Origin: Macrostomum hystrix
Lineage: Eukaryota > Animalia > Platyhelminthes
Assembly (NCBI GenBank): GCA_950097015.1
Contig: CATNEN010000030.1
Span: forward strand, 682,001 to 746,000
DNA length: 64,000 nucleotides
Direction of reading: 5' to 3'
The notes under the pieces are model-generated. The model was not told the origin of the DNA. It searched no databases and was given only the letters and a program-made list of their open reading frames with translations. This document shows positions 37,029 through 49,900 of the stretch, in pieces. Within the stretch, counting starts at the first letter, position 1. Each line of letters begins with the position of its first letter. A program made the translations under genes and the position numbers.

Positions 37029-37740
37029 GCTTATTTTTATTTCTTTTATGCTTTTCTCCTGTAAAAAGTCATTATTTTTACAAATTGACAAAAAAGTTTT
37101 TAGAAGCAACATTTTTTGTTTAACTGCAACCTCAACGTGTTGATTTTAAATCGTGCCAATCAATTGACTAGCTTGGTAACTCAGAGGTGTGTGTGTGTGT
37201 GTAGAATGCGAATCTATCGATTCTTTATGTATATTATATGGTGCGACGTTGAACTAATAAAAAGTGCATTAATCCTGTGTACCTGTGTTATCATAATGTT
37301 TGTTTACTGGTGAGTAAAAGTAAAAGGCCCGTGCGCGTTGTTAAATAATAGTATAAATCTGACACTTTTGCACCCAACGCTTGAATGCAATTCAGAGAAA
37401 TAAAGCGGAATTACTTTTGCTCAATTCTATGCCTTGCCTGCTTGATAAAAATAGGTGACTCAGTTTTTTGTTTTTTTTCTATAATAGAGATACATAGAAA
37501 TTACATCAAACAATAAGACAATTATTCAGTCCTGGCACCCAGATTCTGCCGCTTTTACAGTCTTGGTCAATGGAATTAAATTTTAACCCCTTGGTTGAGA
37601 TTCGAACTGCTGACCTCTTGTTTAGTAGGCCGAGGCTTACCATCGAATTGTTTCTTATCGAATAATACAGAATGAGATAGAGCTGAATCTACGAGAGAAC
37701 CATCTCTCTTACATCATCAGCTAGTAACCGCGAGCTGTAG

Positions 37741-38030
37741 TTGCAGGATGGCTGCGGGAATTGGCACACCATTAGGTGAGATTAGACCCGCAGCCAGCAA
37801 GGAGGCCATTCTGCTGACTCCTGAGCACACACGCACTCAGATACTGTACGCAGGCACACGCTCACACAAGTGTGTACATCTGCCCTGACTTTCTCATCGT
37901 CAGGCAGTGTACACTTTCACTGTGGCGGGCGTAAATTACACGACAAGACCCCAAGCCTTCTCTCCGCGTCTGCGCCCCAAATGAATTTGGCCTCGCCGCG
38001 GAATCGAACTTAGGGACTTCGCCGCGAGAG
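37741..38030 (-). mobile_element. SINE family 1 copy with small deletions
   Basis: Reverse-complement match to family body and B-box (GGAATCGAAC). Confidence 0.85.
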
Positions 38031-38104
38031 TATATGTAAAATGTCATTCTTTCCTATTCCAGCCCAGGCGTACTGACTAAGCTAGCTGACAGATGATAGC
38101 CGCT

Positions 38105-39122
38105 ATGCAGTCGCTGCTGTCTGGATGGCAGCCGGCGGAGCTGCAGCTGGCTGTCCGGCTGGCGCAGCAAGCAGCGTCCAGACATTGATCCGGCCGCTGT
38201 TGCCACCGCCCTGCGTGACCAGCTTGGCTCGGACAAGTCCGCCGACGATGTTGGCCGCCTATTCAGTGAGGTTCTGCAGCACGCTGATGTAGTAGCCAAA
38301 TCTGCCGCAGCTATTCAACGACCCAGGCGTTGTCCGCCTAGGCCCATTGTTGAAATCAAAGTCGGCCAACCGCCGCCAATGCCAATTGAACATCAGCCGC
38401 CCAGGCAGCCAGCAGCCAGGCGTCAATCCGATGAAAGTTTGCAACAATCGACAGCGGCGTCGAAGCGGCTCTGTCAGACAGACGAGTCCCAGATTGTTCC
38501 GTTAAAACCGTTGGCTACGCTGACACGGCCGCGGACTCAGATTTTATCATTGACTCCAAATTCTTGCACAGTTTCTAATTCCGATTCGTCTATAACTACT
38601 GCTGCAACTAAACCTGACGAACCGACTCCAGGTAGCGTTAGCTCAACCAACGGTGCTTCTGCCCCAACTGTGAAAATTATTCGCCTTAATAATGCAGCAA
38701 ATTCTAACCTGCTGCAGCAGCATCAGCCGATGACGCCGCAGGTGCAAACTCAATATCAGACTCGGCGAATTCAGATAGACAATGGCTATGTGAAGATCAC
38801 CCTGCGACCAACGACCACGACTCAGTCTGAGCACTCAGTGTCTGGTAGTCCTGCTGCTCAGACGAAGCATTCAACAGCGCCTCAATCTTTAACTTTACTG
38901 CCAATGCCAACTGCTACCCTATCTAATGGCAATGGCGACATCTCTGAGACATTCTCAAATAGCGCCAGTTTCATTGATAGCATCAGTTTTGGCTTGACTG
39001 GCGCGCCAGGTCGTGGCGGCGTCGACGGCGGACTACTGAGCCTTGTTGAACCCACTGGAGGCCTCCAACTGCCTCTGCTTGTTGAACCTAACGATGCCGA
39101 TCATCCGATAGTCATTAATTAA
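38105..39122 (+). CDS. Putative protein with an N-terminal SANT/Myb-like module and disordered Ser/Thr/Pro-rich tail; +1 frameshift near 38180
   Basis: ATG 38105 gives MQSLLSGWQPAELQLAVRLAQQAAS, then TGA at 38186; the +1 frame continues DIDPAAVATALRDQLGSDKSADDVGRLFSEV and stays open to 39122. GC-rich, coding-like, with a polypyrimidine-CAG acceptor at 38062. Confidence 0.55.
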
Positions 39123-39171
39123 CAGCTAGATTTCTTGCAACTGTCCTGTTAATATATTATAAAAGTGTTTT

Positions 39172-39235
39172 TAGCCTAAGTGGTTAAAGCGTCCGACTCA
39201 CAACTTGAAGGTCGGGGGTTCGATTCCTAACTTCA
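39172..39235 (+). mobile_element. SINE family 2 tRNA-derived head only
   Basis: TAGCCTAAGTGGTTAAAGCGTCCGACTCACAACTTGAAGGTCGGGGGTTCGATTCC matches the heads ending at 57700 and 62760; no acceptor-stem pairing. Confidence 0.7.
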
Positions 39236-39854
39236 ACGTAACAAGATACTTAAATCTGCATTATATATTATTCAGAATAAGCTTGGTTCCACTATCTTGG
39301 GGCGGGATAATGGTTGCCCAACAAACGAGGAATAAAAAGACATAAGTTTTCAACATTATTGTGTTCTATTTTAACTAATTTTTAATTCTAAACTTATCTG
39401 AGATGTGCGTTTTCATGGTCTACTCAATTTTTAGCGTTCTTTTCTAAACTGCATTTGTTCGCTGTACTATTTCAATGCTCTTCATTCACCAGTTGCTATA
39501 TTGTTTTCAATGACCATCGCTATGTACATAATAGGCTGTTCTGTGCTTTGTTAACTAAGTTAATTTATATATTTATGCCCAAATATACAGCTGCAAAATA
39601 TTCTGTTGCTCCTGTTATTATTTATTCGCGGTTGCATCATGACAAATACATTTGAAGATTTACGAAAAACATGGTTTTCTAAAATTTATGCATCAAAAAG
39701 TTTACTATATTTTGTCACCTTTTTATTTCATAGAGTTCCTTATTCATTAAGCTTATTGAATAATAAAATTCTTTTTGCTTATCATTGCAGATCTGCCAAC
39801 GGCCGTGTTAACATTTTGCTATTAGAAACCTGAAAACATTAGAAAATCTGCTCT

Positions 39855-42800
39855 ATGCAACAGCGCCCGCCGCCTACATTTGTTGCCAACAGTCCCGGCC
39901 CGGGCCCTGGACCTGTCGGAGTAGGCGGGGTTGGTCCCTACCCGCCGCCAATGCCGCCCGGTGGTCAGATCGGTCCTGGACAGTTTCGTCCGGGACCGCC
40001 GCAGCCGGGCGGACCACCGCCTCCTCCTCCTCCGCCCCCTCCGCCATCGTCAGCATCGTCGACTTCTTCGTCTTCGCGCCGAGGCGGCGGCGGTGGTAGC
40101 GGTGGAGGCGGGGCTTCCTCTCAGCAGCAGCAGCAGCAGCAGCAGCACCGTCAGTCGTCATCCAGTGCCGCTGGCCCCTATATGCAGCCAGGCGGCGGTG
40201 GCGGAGGTCCCTACCCGCCGCCTCGACCGCCGCCACCGCCGCACCAGCAGCATCAGCAGCAGCCGGGCATGCCGATGCTGTCAGCTAAGCGGAAGCGTCG
40301 TCACGCTGATCGTCTGCTGTCTGAGCGCATTCAGCAGCTGGTGCCGGAGTCTTCCAGCTACATGGAGCTGCTCAAACTGGAGAAGAAGTTGGACCAGGTT
40401 ATTATTAGTTTTCTGTGCTATTTCATGTGAATCCTCGCGGTAAGGGATCGTCTCTTAACAGTAGGACTGCCAAGCCATTTTGCCGCCCGTTTTTATACCA
40501 AGGGGGGGATTTTTCGAATATACCTGCAACTATCACCGACTTCGGTGGTCACGCACCTTTATCTAGACGGAGCTGCTGGACCTTCAACAAGTTGCACCAG
40601 CCGAATATGGACACCCTGATGCAAGTTTACCCCATGTTTGTGATTTACCCCATGTTTGTGTCCATGGACTGAGCAGCTGTACTACCGCCATTGGGGGTCA
40701 GTGGTAGAGCGGTTAACGTGTTTGCCTCTCGTGCCAAGGACTTTAAGTTCGATTCCACGGCGAGGCCACATTTATTTGGGGCGCAGCCGCGGAGAGAAAG
40801 CTTGGGGGCTTGTCGTGCAATTTACGCACTTGGGAGCCAACCTCAAAGGCACAGTGAAAGTGTACACTGCCTGATGATGAGAAAGTCAGGGCAGATGTAC
40901 ACACTTGTGTGAGCGTATGCCTGCGTACAGTATCTGTGTTCGGGTGTGCTCAAGAGTCAGCGAATCGGGCAGAATTGCCTCCTCGCTGGCTGCGGGTCTA
41001 GTGTCACCAAATGATGTGCCCGCAGCCCCTCCTAATAATAATTATTATTATTACACCGCCTTTGGTATAATTTCTGCAATGAGCATATTATTTATTTATA
41101 AAGACTTATCACAAATGGCAACTATCCTGCTCAGGTGATCCTACGCAAGAAGCTGGCCATTCAGGAGGCGCAGAAGAAGCCGCAGAAGCTGCGTAGAAAA
41201 TTGCGCATACTAATTAGCAACCAGTTCAATCCGGGCACGGAGCCCTCTGCCGAGCCCGGCGGCCCGGAGCCCGTGGTGCCCAACTGGGAGGTTCGGGTCG
41301 AAGGTCGCCTGGTTGACGAAGGAGGCGCCGGAGAGGCGGCCAAGGCTAAGAGGAAATTCTCCAGCTATTTCAAGAGCCTGGTTATTGAGCTAGACAAAAC
41401 CCTATATGGCCCCGACAATCATCTGGTCGAATGGCACAGATCGCCTAACACCCAGGAGACCGACGGATTTCAGGTTTGCCGACAGACCCGCTGACAGACG
41501 CTGGGAGACAGACAGACACTTATGGACAGTCTTCTGGATAGACACTTCGAGACAGACAGACAGGCTATGGACAGACTTATAGACTGGCAATTTGATACAG
41601 ACAGGCTATGGACAGACTTATAGACTGGCAATTTGAGACAGACAGGTTAACAGTAGGACTACCAAACCATTTTGCCGCCCGTTTTTATACCAAGGGGGGG
41701 TTTTTTGGCAGCGCCCGAATGCTAACAGCGTTGGGTAGTGACTGATTGGTTGACAGACTTAGGCGATGGTGTCCTGTGGTTGAGCTGCGCCTAGTATTTT
41801 GGCTTGAGCATTGAAATTTGAGAAATTCGCGTCAGGGTGTCCATAGTAGCTTACACCTGTTGTAGCCCTTGAAGGTCCAGCAGTCTGTCTAGATAAAGGT
41901 AGGTGACCACCGAAGACGGAGTTGATGCAGGCACACTCGGGTGACATGCAGATAAATTTTGAAGGCCTGGCAAGGCCGCACTGAGGCACAGGTGCTAATT
42001 CGTGTATAGGGGTGTATGAAATACACTAGCTCTTATGGGAAAAATCGGACCTTCGGCCAGAAACATTGAATATCTCGACGGTCTGAGGAGCTGGCGACTT
42101 GTTTCTTGTTTCAGAAGATGCGCAACAAAAAGTTGGCCCGTGTTCTTGAGTTTCGTGTGCTTGCATTGTTCCGTTCGGGTGCAGCAAAAAATTGTCAGGG
42201 GGGAATTCCCCCCCCCCTTTGGTAGTTCTACTGTTAATGGACAGACTTATAGACTGGCACTTTGAGACAGATAGGCTAATGGACAGACTTAACTGGTTCT
42301 CTGGGGCAGACTGGATAATGGACAGACTTATCGACTGGCACTACGAGACAATCAAACCGAAAATGGTACGACGGACAGACAAAAAAGTGGCAAGTTTAAA
42401 ATAAATAGAAAAGATTTACACATTCCAGGTGAAGCGGCCTGGTGATAAGCCGGTGAAGTGCACCGTGCTGCTAATGCTAGACCAGCAGCCGCCGCAGTTT
42501 CGCTTGCAGCCTCAGCTCTCCCGCCTGCTAGGCATCCAGTGCGGCACCAAGGCCCAGATTCTGCTGGCATTCTGGCACTATGTTAAGACTAAGCGACTGC
42601 AGGATCCGCTGGAGCGCAGCTATATTATCTGTGACACGGGCATGGCCGAGGCTTTCCGCCTTGATCCGCAGCAGCAGCCGCCGCCAAGGCTTCGCTTTGC
42701 TGACGTGCCGCAGCGCCTGCACCAGCTGCTGCTGCCACCAGATCCCATTGTGATTAATCATCTGATCTCAAACGAGCCGGGCGCTAAGAAAACTGCCTGC

Positions 42801-43665
42801 TACGAAATCGAAGTGGAAGTCGATGATCCGTACAAGCACATGGCCCACAACTTCCTAGTGAACACGTCTGGCGCCCAGGAACTGGCCGCCATCGACGCCA
42901 AAATATTCGACACCATCGAACAGATCAACCAGATGGCCCAGCATCGCGACTTCTTCAACCAGTTCACCGAGGATCCGCGCCAGTTCATCACCAACTGGCT
43001 GGTGTCCCAGAAGCAGGATTTAAAGACTATGACGGATCTGGTTGGCAATCCGGAGGAGGAGAGGCGGGCCGACTTCTACCAAGACAGCTGGCTGCACGAG
43101 GCCGCCACTAGGTACTTCTCTGGCAAGGTGAGCCACATTCTCATTATATCAGGCTACTAATAGTAGTATATGCAAAATTAGTCTTCAAATATTAGGACGC
43201 GCGTTCGCGGTTAACCGCGTTTGCCTCTCGCGCCAAGGTCCCTAAGTTCGATTCCGCGGCGAGGCCACATTCATTTGTGGCGCAGACGCGGAGAGAAGGC
43301 TTGGCGGTTTGTCGTGCAATTTACGCACTTGGGAGCCAACCTCAAAGGCACAGTGAAAGTGTAACACTGCCTGACGATGAGAAAGTCAGGGCAGATGTAC
43401 ACACCTGTGTGAGCGTGTGCCTGCGTACAGTATCTGTGTGCGTGTGTGCTCAGGAGTCAGCGAAATGGGCAGAATTGCCTCCTCGCTGGCTGCGGGTCTA
43501 GTGGCACACAACGATGTGCCATTGCCTGCAGCCCTCCTGCAATTATAATTATTTTCCACTTTAGGCAGAGATGCTAATTCAGCAAAGGCTCACAAATTTC
43601 ACACCTAAACTTTCCAGGTCACCCAACGTCGCCAGGAGCTTGAGCACGCTCTTGGCATTCACTGA
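39855..43665 (+). CDS. SMARCD1: SWI/SNF subunit SMARCD/BAF60 (SWIB domain), complete
   Basis: Phase-0 exons 39855-40397, 41135-41473, 42429-43127, 43618-43665 (lengths divisible by 3). Motifs [113 protein letters not shown]. Paralogue number is not resolvable. Confidence 0.97.
40459..40600. mobile_element. Left-end fragment of the TTAA/CAGTAG DNA element family
   Basis: TTAA|CAGTAGGACTGCCAAGCCATTTTGCCGCCCGTTTTTATACCAAGGGGGG is nearly identical to 41647-41700. Confidence 0.8.
40695..41050 (+). mobile_element. SINE family 1, full length with (AAT)n tail
   Basis: A box TGGTAGAGCGG, B box GTTCGATTCC, hairpin, AAT/TAT tail. Confidence 0.92.
41651..42233. mobile_element. Complete non-autonomous DNA transposon (MITE-like, 583 bp) with TTAA target duplication
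   Basis: TTAA|CAGTAGGACTACC ... GGTAGTTCTACTG|TTAA (12/13 TIR match). Inserted into a 41-bp tandem repeat whose unit resumes on the other side (GACAGG TTAA TGGACAGACTTATAG). Confidence 0.88.
43207..43550 (+). mobile_element. SINE family 1, near full length
   Basis: B box GTTCGATTCC, body, hairpin and tail; fills most of SMARCD intron 3. Confidence 0.9.
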
Positions 43666-46600
43666 CGCTGGGCTGGCGTGGACGATGCTAATTTTATTAG
43701 CATGCGAAGCTGACTTTTAACAACCTTGATTGTAAATTATTTCTGTTGTTTTTTATTTACTTTGATTGAGCTGTACTTACGTTGAATTTAGTATGCTGCT
43801 TGTGTGTTGTGTGTAGTCTGTTGTGTTTCAAATAAGCTAACCACTTTTACTGTAATATCTTTATTAAATTAGTTTTTTTATGTTCTCAACATCTGCTCTA
43901 TATCTGTTCAGTGTTCAACACACAATTTCTTTAACTTTTATTAATTTTTTTGAAACAATTGCATGATGTCTCATTGTCTATTTGCTTATTCGGCATCCTA
44001 ACTCTGAATACCTATTTAATTTATGTTCGCGTCTTTACTGTGTAATCACAACTTCTTATGGCAATAAACATAATTAAATTAACAACAACCGGTTAAAGTT
44101 TAACATTATTCAACTGAACTGAATGTATAATATATTCGCTTGTTTTTTATCCTTTTACGTTGATAAAGAGATAGTTGAGTGGAACCTTGCACTCCCACTG
44201 TTGCAACATAGTCTCTAAGCTCATCTAAGCTTGGAAAAAAGGCCATCGGGGGCTAAAAACCTCAAGACGCACTGAAATATAGTTCGTTTTCTTAGAAAAC
44301 ATCAGGACAGATTTACACCTAATTGAGTGTCTGCCTGTGTTCTGTGTATCTACGTATGGTAACGTAGATGTAAAATTGTGTGAGCTCGAAACTCAGCGGA
44401 ATTGGCAAGCAAAATTACCTCGCTGGTTGCCAAAATATTGTCTCAGTGCAGACTGCCGTTGTACGTAGTACAGTTTGTCGGGGTACAGCTACATACATGC
44501 ACACATGCTCATCAAAAACTTAAAATCATAAATATCCGGTACGGCGATTGCATTCAAAATTCAGTTTCAGTTTAGTTGCCTGTGTTGACGCATCTTTCAT
44601 GGATTACGTTTTATTATGCTGACTGTTTTCTATCACAGCCCAAAATGATAATAATATTCTACTCTTTATTCTATGATAAAGCGGTTAAGGCTCTAACATA
44701 AATAAAAATTCTGAAACTCTTATCGTGGCTTGTAATAAAAAAATGCAGCGATATCATAGTACAATTGTATTTGTTTTTTATAAATTTGCCACATATTTAA
44801 GTAAGTATTTTCTTAGAACTCAACTTATTATCTAAAATACGTAAAAGTTACCAATATAGAATTCGAACTTGTTTGCTGTGTTTTCGACTTTTCGTATATA
44901 TATGACAGACTTCCTGCATGCTCAGACGATGATACCGTATTTTAGTATGTGTAAAGATCTCTTCTCAATCTCTTCTTAAACCTTTTACTTTTTGTATATA
45001 GTGTAACAATAATTTAAATGAGTTAAAGTAGATTGAAGTTTCTTGAATTAATTCATTATCAAAATTTTATAGCCAGTAGACATATCGGCTTTTCTACGTA
45101 TACATATATAATTTAGTGCACATAATAGGAAGGATGGAAGATATAATATTGCAAATCAAAGTGACTTTTTGCTATAGGCCTAGCTACTTGATTAAATTAA
45201 ACTTAAAATTCTAACAGTTAATGTATACAACTTTAACCAACCAGTTTTGCCACATAATTATACGAAATTTAAATGTTTATGCAGCAGGTTTACTAAATCT
45301 AGCATTTTTTCATGTTTGGTTTGATACATCTAGGTTATTTGTTTTTTATTTAATACTTTTTCATTTTCTAATATTGTCACACAGTCACTGTCTTATGCTA
45401 TTCTATATTTTGGCTTGTCAAAATGCCTGTTTTGCCAATATTTTTTTCTTTTTATCTGTTTAATATTAATGTAAATTTAATGACCAGTTTGTTTTCAATT
45501 GGTGCTCACTTACATAAGGAACATTGGATAATAAAAATAAGCACAATTGTAATATCAACTGATGAACAATATTATAAACAGTTTAATCACAAAAAATGTG
45601 ATGAAATAAAATAAAATAGTAAGGAAATTATAAAAATTAACTTTAAATTACCAACTTTTGAGGCACAACGGGATAAATATATCAGACAAAGAACTACAAG
45701 AACATGATTGAGCATTATAAACCATTATAGAAAATTCTTTATTTTCAAAAAATAGAAAACATTTTTTAAGTTTGTATCAGTAAAAGCAAAGTAATACAAA
45801 TATTAAACAATAAATAAATAAACAGAAATTATCTCATGTATAGGCCTATCATTTCTGATGTAGACCATCAAAAACATTTATATAAGAATCAATTTTTACT
45901 TCATTTCATGGTTATATATCATACATGCACAACAAGTGCCAAGCAAGGTAAGTCGCAAAAACCAATCAACCAAGCGCAAAAAATCAAAGGGGGGGACCAA
46001 CAGAAAAAAAGGAAGGCGTGAAAAAAAGGAAAAAGGGGAGAGAAAAAGAGAGCAAATGAGAGCAAACTAAGTCAGTAAATAGACCAATGAAATGAACTAA
46101 GTTGCAAATGAGAGCAAACTAAGTCATAAATAGAGCAAAAACTAAGTCGCATGGCCGGCTAAGATTTGGGAGGTTGCGCATGTATGTTATATATCATGAA
46201 ATATCCATTACATCAGGAATCCTTAAGTACTGGTTGGATCATAAAAAACTAACACCACTAGTCAATAATATATGTCAAGCCACTTTCTGCAAGATTCCAT
46301 TAAACTTGTATTCTTACCTATTTCTCCCTCAAATTTTATGCCCAAAATTTCCAGTGTAACCAACATATTTCTTATTATGGCACTTTAGTGCTTTAGAAAA
46401 TTAAAAAAGTATATAAATAACATAGTTGCAAATATGAATTATTTTAGAAAGTGTGTTTTAAAACACAGGGCTTTTTATCAGCTATGGAAATCAGAAAAGT
46501 AAAACATGTCTTACCAGCATAGAGCAAAAGTAACCAAGATTTTTTTATAATTACAGCTTGCATAAAATTTGTCTAAACTTTCTGAAGAACATTTGGAAGA

Positions 46601-46993
46601 TATTCAGAAAAGTAAAGATTCTGAGAGTCCCTTTATTTTTGTTAATAGCTGGAATAATTCTAATTCAAACTGGAATATTATTTATGCTTTAAAAATAATT
46701 TACATAATTAGTTTAAGAAACAATGAGTATTGTTATATTGAACATTTATTGTAAGGTGTATTCTAAAACAAATGAATAAGAGTGATGACAAGATTGCAGC
46801 AATTTCATCATTCTAAGAAAATCATTTTATCATTTTTGGCAAATCCAAAGCATTTATTTTTGTCAACTTACTTATTACTGAGTCCATTGGCAATTTATCA
46901 GCCCAATTTGCTTAAGTGTTACCAATTGACTATTGATAGCTAAAATAAAGAAAACAAAAAAATAATTTTAAGCCACTAAGCAGTCCTCGCCAA

Positions 46994-49900
46994 ATGCCAG
47001 TCGCCAAGGAAGGCCGCCTGCCTAGTGGCTCCTCGTCGCCTCCCTTCGGAGGCCAGTCGCACAGCCAGGCGAATCGTCAGCAGAGCCAGCAGGTGGGCAA
47101 GGTGCTGACTGGCGGCGTTGACGGACAATTAACTAGCAGTGGCGTTATGGACGCAGCTCATCTGGGCCAAGGACACTTCAGCACTCGGAATCCGCCGCTG
47201 ATTCAGCTCAGCCCGGCCCTGAGTCCGGCTCCATCGGCTCCACTTCCGCCGCCACCGCCGCCACCGCCGCCCTATGACCTGCGAGAGCGGCCTAGGAGGC
47301 GAAATTTATCCAATCTGGGTGAGTAAATCCCAGGGATTTGTGATGGTATTCTTTTATTTTACATTTTGCATTTACATTTAATCCTTGATAAGAGGGCTTA
47401 ATCAGGGATATCAGCTCCTCTAACCGGCCCCTTCCAACACGTACCGACATCTGTCTCATCTCTCCCATGTCTCATCTCTCCCGTGTCTCATCTCTCCCAT
47501 GTCTCATCTCTCCCGTGTCTCATCTCTCCCGTGTCTCATCTCTCCCGTGTCTCATCTCTCCCATGTCTCATCTCTCCCGTGTCTCATCTCTCCCGTGTCT
47601 CATCTCTCCCATGTCTCATCTCTCCCATGTCTCATCTCTCCCGTGTCTCATCTCTCCCATGTCTCATCTCTCCCGTGTCTCATCTCTCTCATGCCTTATC
47701 TCTCTCATGTCTCATCTCTCTCGTGTCTTATCTCTCTCATGTCTCATCTCTCTCGTGTCTTATCTCTCCCGTGTCTCATCTCTCCCATGTCTCATCTTTC
47801 CCATGTCTCATCTCTCCCATTTCTCATCTCTCCCGTGTCTCATCTCTCCCATGTCTCATCTCTCCCGTGTCTCATTTCTCCCATGTCTCTTCTCTCCCGT
47901 GTCTCATCTCTCTCATGCCTTATCTCTCTCATGTCTCATCTCTCTCGTGTCTTATCTCTCTCATGTCTCATCTCTCTCGTGTCTTATCTCTCTCGTGTCT
48001 CATCTCTCTCGTGTGTCATCTGCTTTATACATAAACCAGGCGGTGTAGCTTGTCCCTCTTTCTCGTGACAGTGTAACATTGAAGAGAGAGAGAGAGAGTT
48101 AGAGGAGAAGATACAGCGAGTAGAGGCAGTGGGAGAGAGAGATCACTAAAATAAAGGGGAGGAAATTGACGCTGTGAGAGAGTTGCGTAACTGCCGTCTC
48201 TTATTCCCCCCTAGGTGCCTGCCTGCCTGTCTTCCTCTGCCCTGCAATTTCCCTATATATATACTATTCTCTTTGCATATGTATAATATGTATAGTAGGT
48301 TCGGTTGGCGTGTGTCCTATATATTATGCATACATACTTTATTCAGTATAAAGTAAGAATAAAATTTTTCAAAAGCAACTCTTCGAACACAGTGCTTCGC
48401 GTGAGTCAGCGCCGTGTGCTATTATAAAGCAGGCCTCCTTAGTTCCTATCGACCAAACTTATCCCAACTAAATTTATGCTGCGTGGGAAATTTGTCGACT
48501 GCGAAACTTTTAGGACCGAAAATGCAAGACAGCTGGCCTAGGGTCTAGTTTCTGTATATAATGTATGTATGTGTCTAGCATAGCCCTGCACTGCTGCTTG
48601 AACTGGGGTATCTTGGAAGGATGGATGGATGGGTAGGTGGATTGTGGAAGGATGATGGAGGCTGTGTGTATGCTGTATGCATTGTCGGAATAGGAGGACG
48701 GCCCACAGTTTTCCGAGGTCCCAGGCCTAGTAGGGGGGGCTTTGGGGAAATAGGGAGAAGCAAGCGAAAGAGGAAGAGGAAGCGGCAGGCAGGGCGGCGG
48801 AATACTGGGTTTTTGGGAGAGGGGAATTTTAGGGTTGGGAGGATTCTGGCTGCCATTCCTAGCCAATCCCGAGCCTCTATGCAGTCTCTCGATGGGATAC
48901 TGGGGAAAAGGCGGTGAGGCGGGGGGCCGTCTTGGGACAGGCCGAGGCCACGCACTGGGGGAGGTCCTCCCACCCCTCCGCTTGCATATATTGCGCCTGG
49001 CCAGTGTGTGCGCCTGTGTTATGCCCGCGTTCCCTTCTATATTATATAGATCCCATTGCTCCCAATTCGGTGTATGTGCCCAGTACGCATTGCAGCCCGT
49101 ACTAGTCTTCAACTAGTATATGTCCATAGCCAAATTGTGCTATTCCTCGCCAGTAAGTTTGAATGTCTATGGTAAAAGTTGTTTCGCCAGAAGCTGGCCT
49201 ATCGTCCCAGTCTTCTAGGCGCACCCGGCAAAGCCGACTGCGGCAGCAACAGCAGCAGCACCAGCGAGACATTGTTGCTACCTCATCTCGAGAGGCAGTT
49301 GGTAAGCCCCCTATTTAGAGGTCCGTCAGTGGACTTTTAAATTTTCTCCCCACCTCAATCAATCATTTTGCGCGGCTTTCGGGTTTTAAAAGTACAATGA
49401 AAAATTTGCTGGAATTTAATACTTTCCCGATCTTTAGCAATACTACTAAGTTTTGAAGTCCCATTCAATTCTAGAATACTACGGGTGGTATGACAAGGTA
49501 CCAATTCATTCTATATGCAGTATGAACTGTGAAGATGTTGTGTACCCACGTATTCATTGGTTACACACTTTTGCAACTTGTGTACCAACGACCTACAGCA
49601 CAACGAACAGTCTGACACAATAGGTACACAAAGACAGCTTCCAAATCATGCTATTTGGCCGTGCTATTTGACGCAATGAGGCTAAAAAGCAGTCTCTACG
49701 GGGTGTGGACGCGCAGACTTTGTGAAATGGATTGACTGACGTCTCTGAATAAGACCATAGTTTAGTAATAGTATATATAATATGCATACTGTATGCAGCC
49801 TACTCAACTGTGTGTTTGTGTGCGCGTGTCGAATTCCGGCCCCCTTTCCTCATTGCCCCGTCCCCTGTTGCCAGGGCTCTCTCTCTCTCTCTCTTGAGTC

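Noticed and set aside
39172-39240. Possible tRNA gene
   Set aside because: A and B boxes are present but there is no acceptor stem, and it matches the SINE-2 heads at 57700 and 62760.
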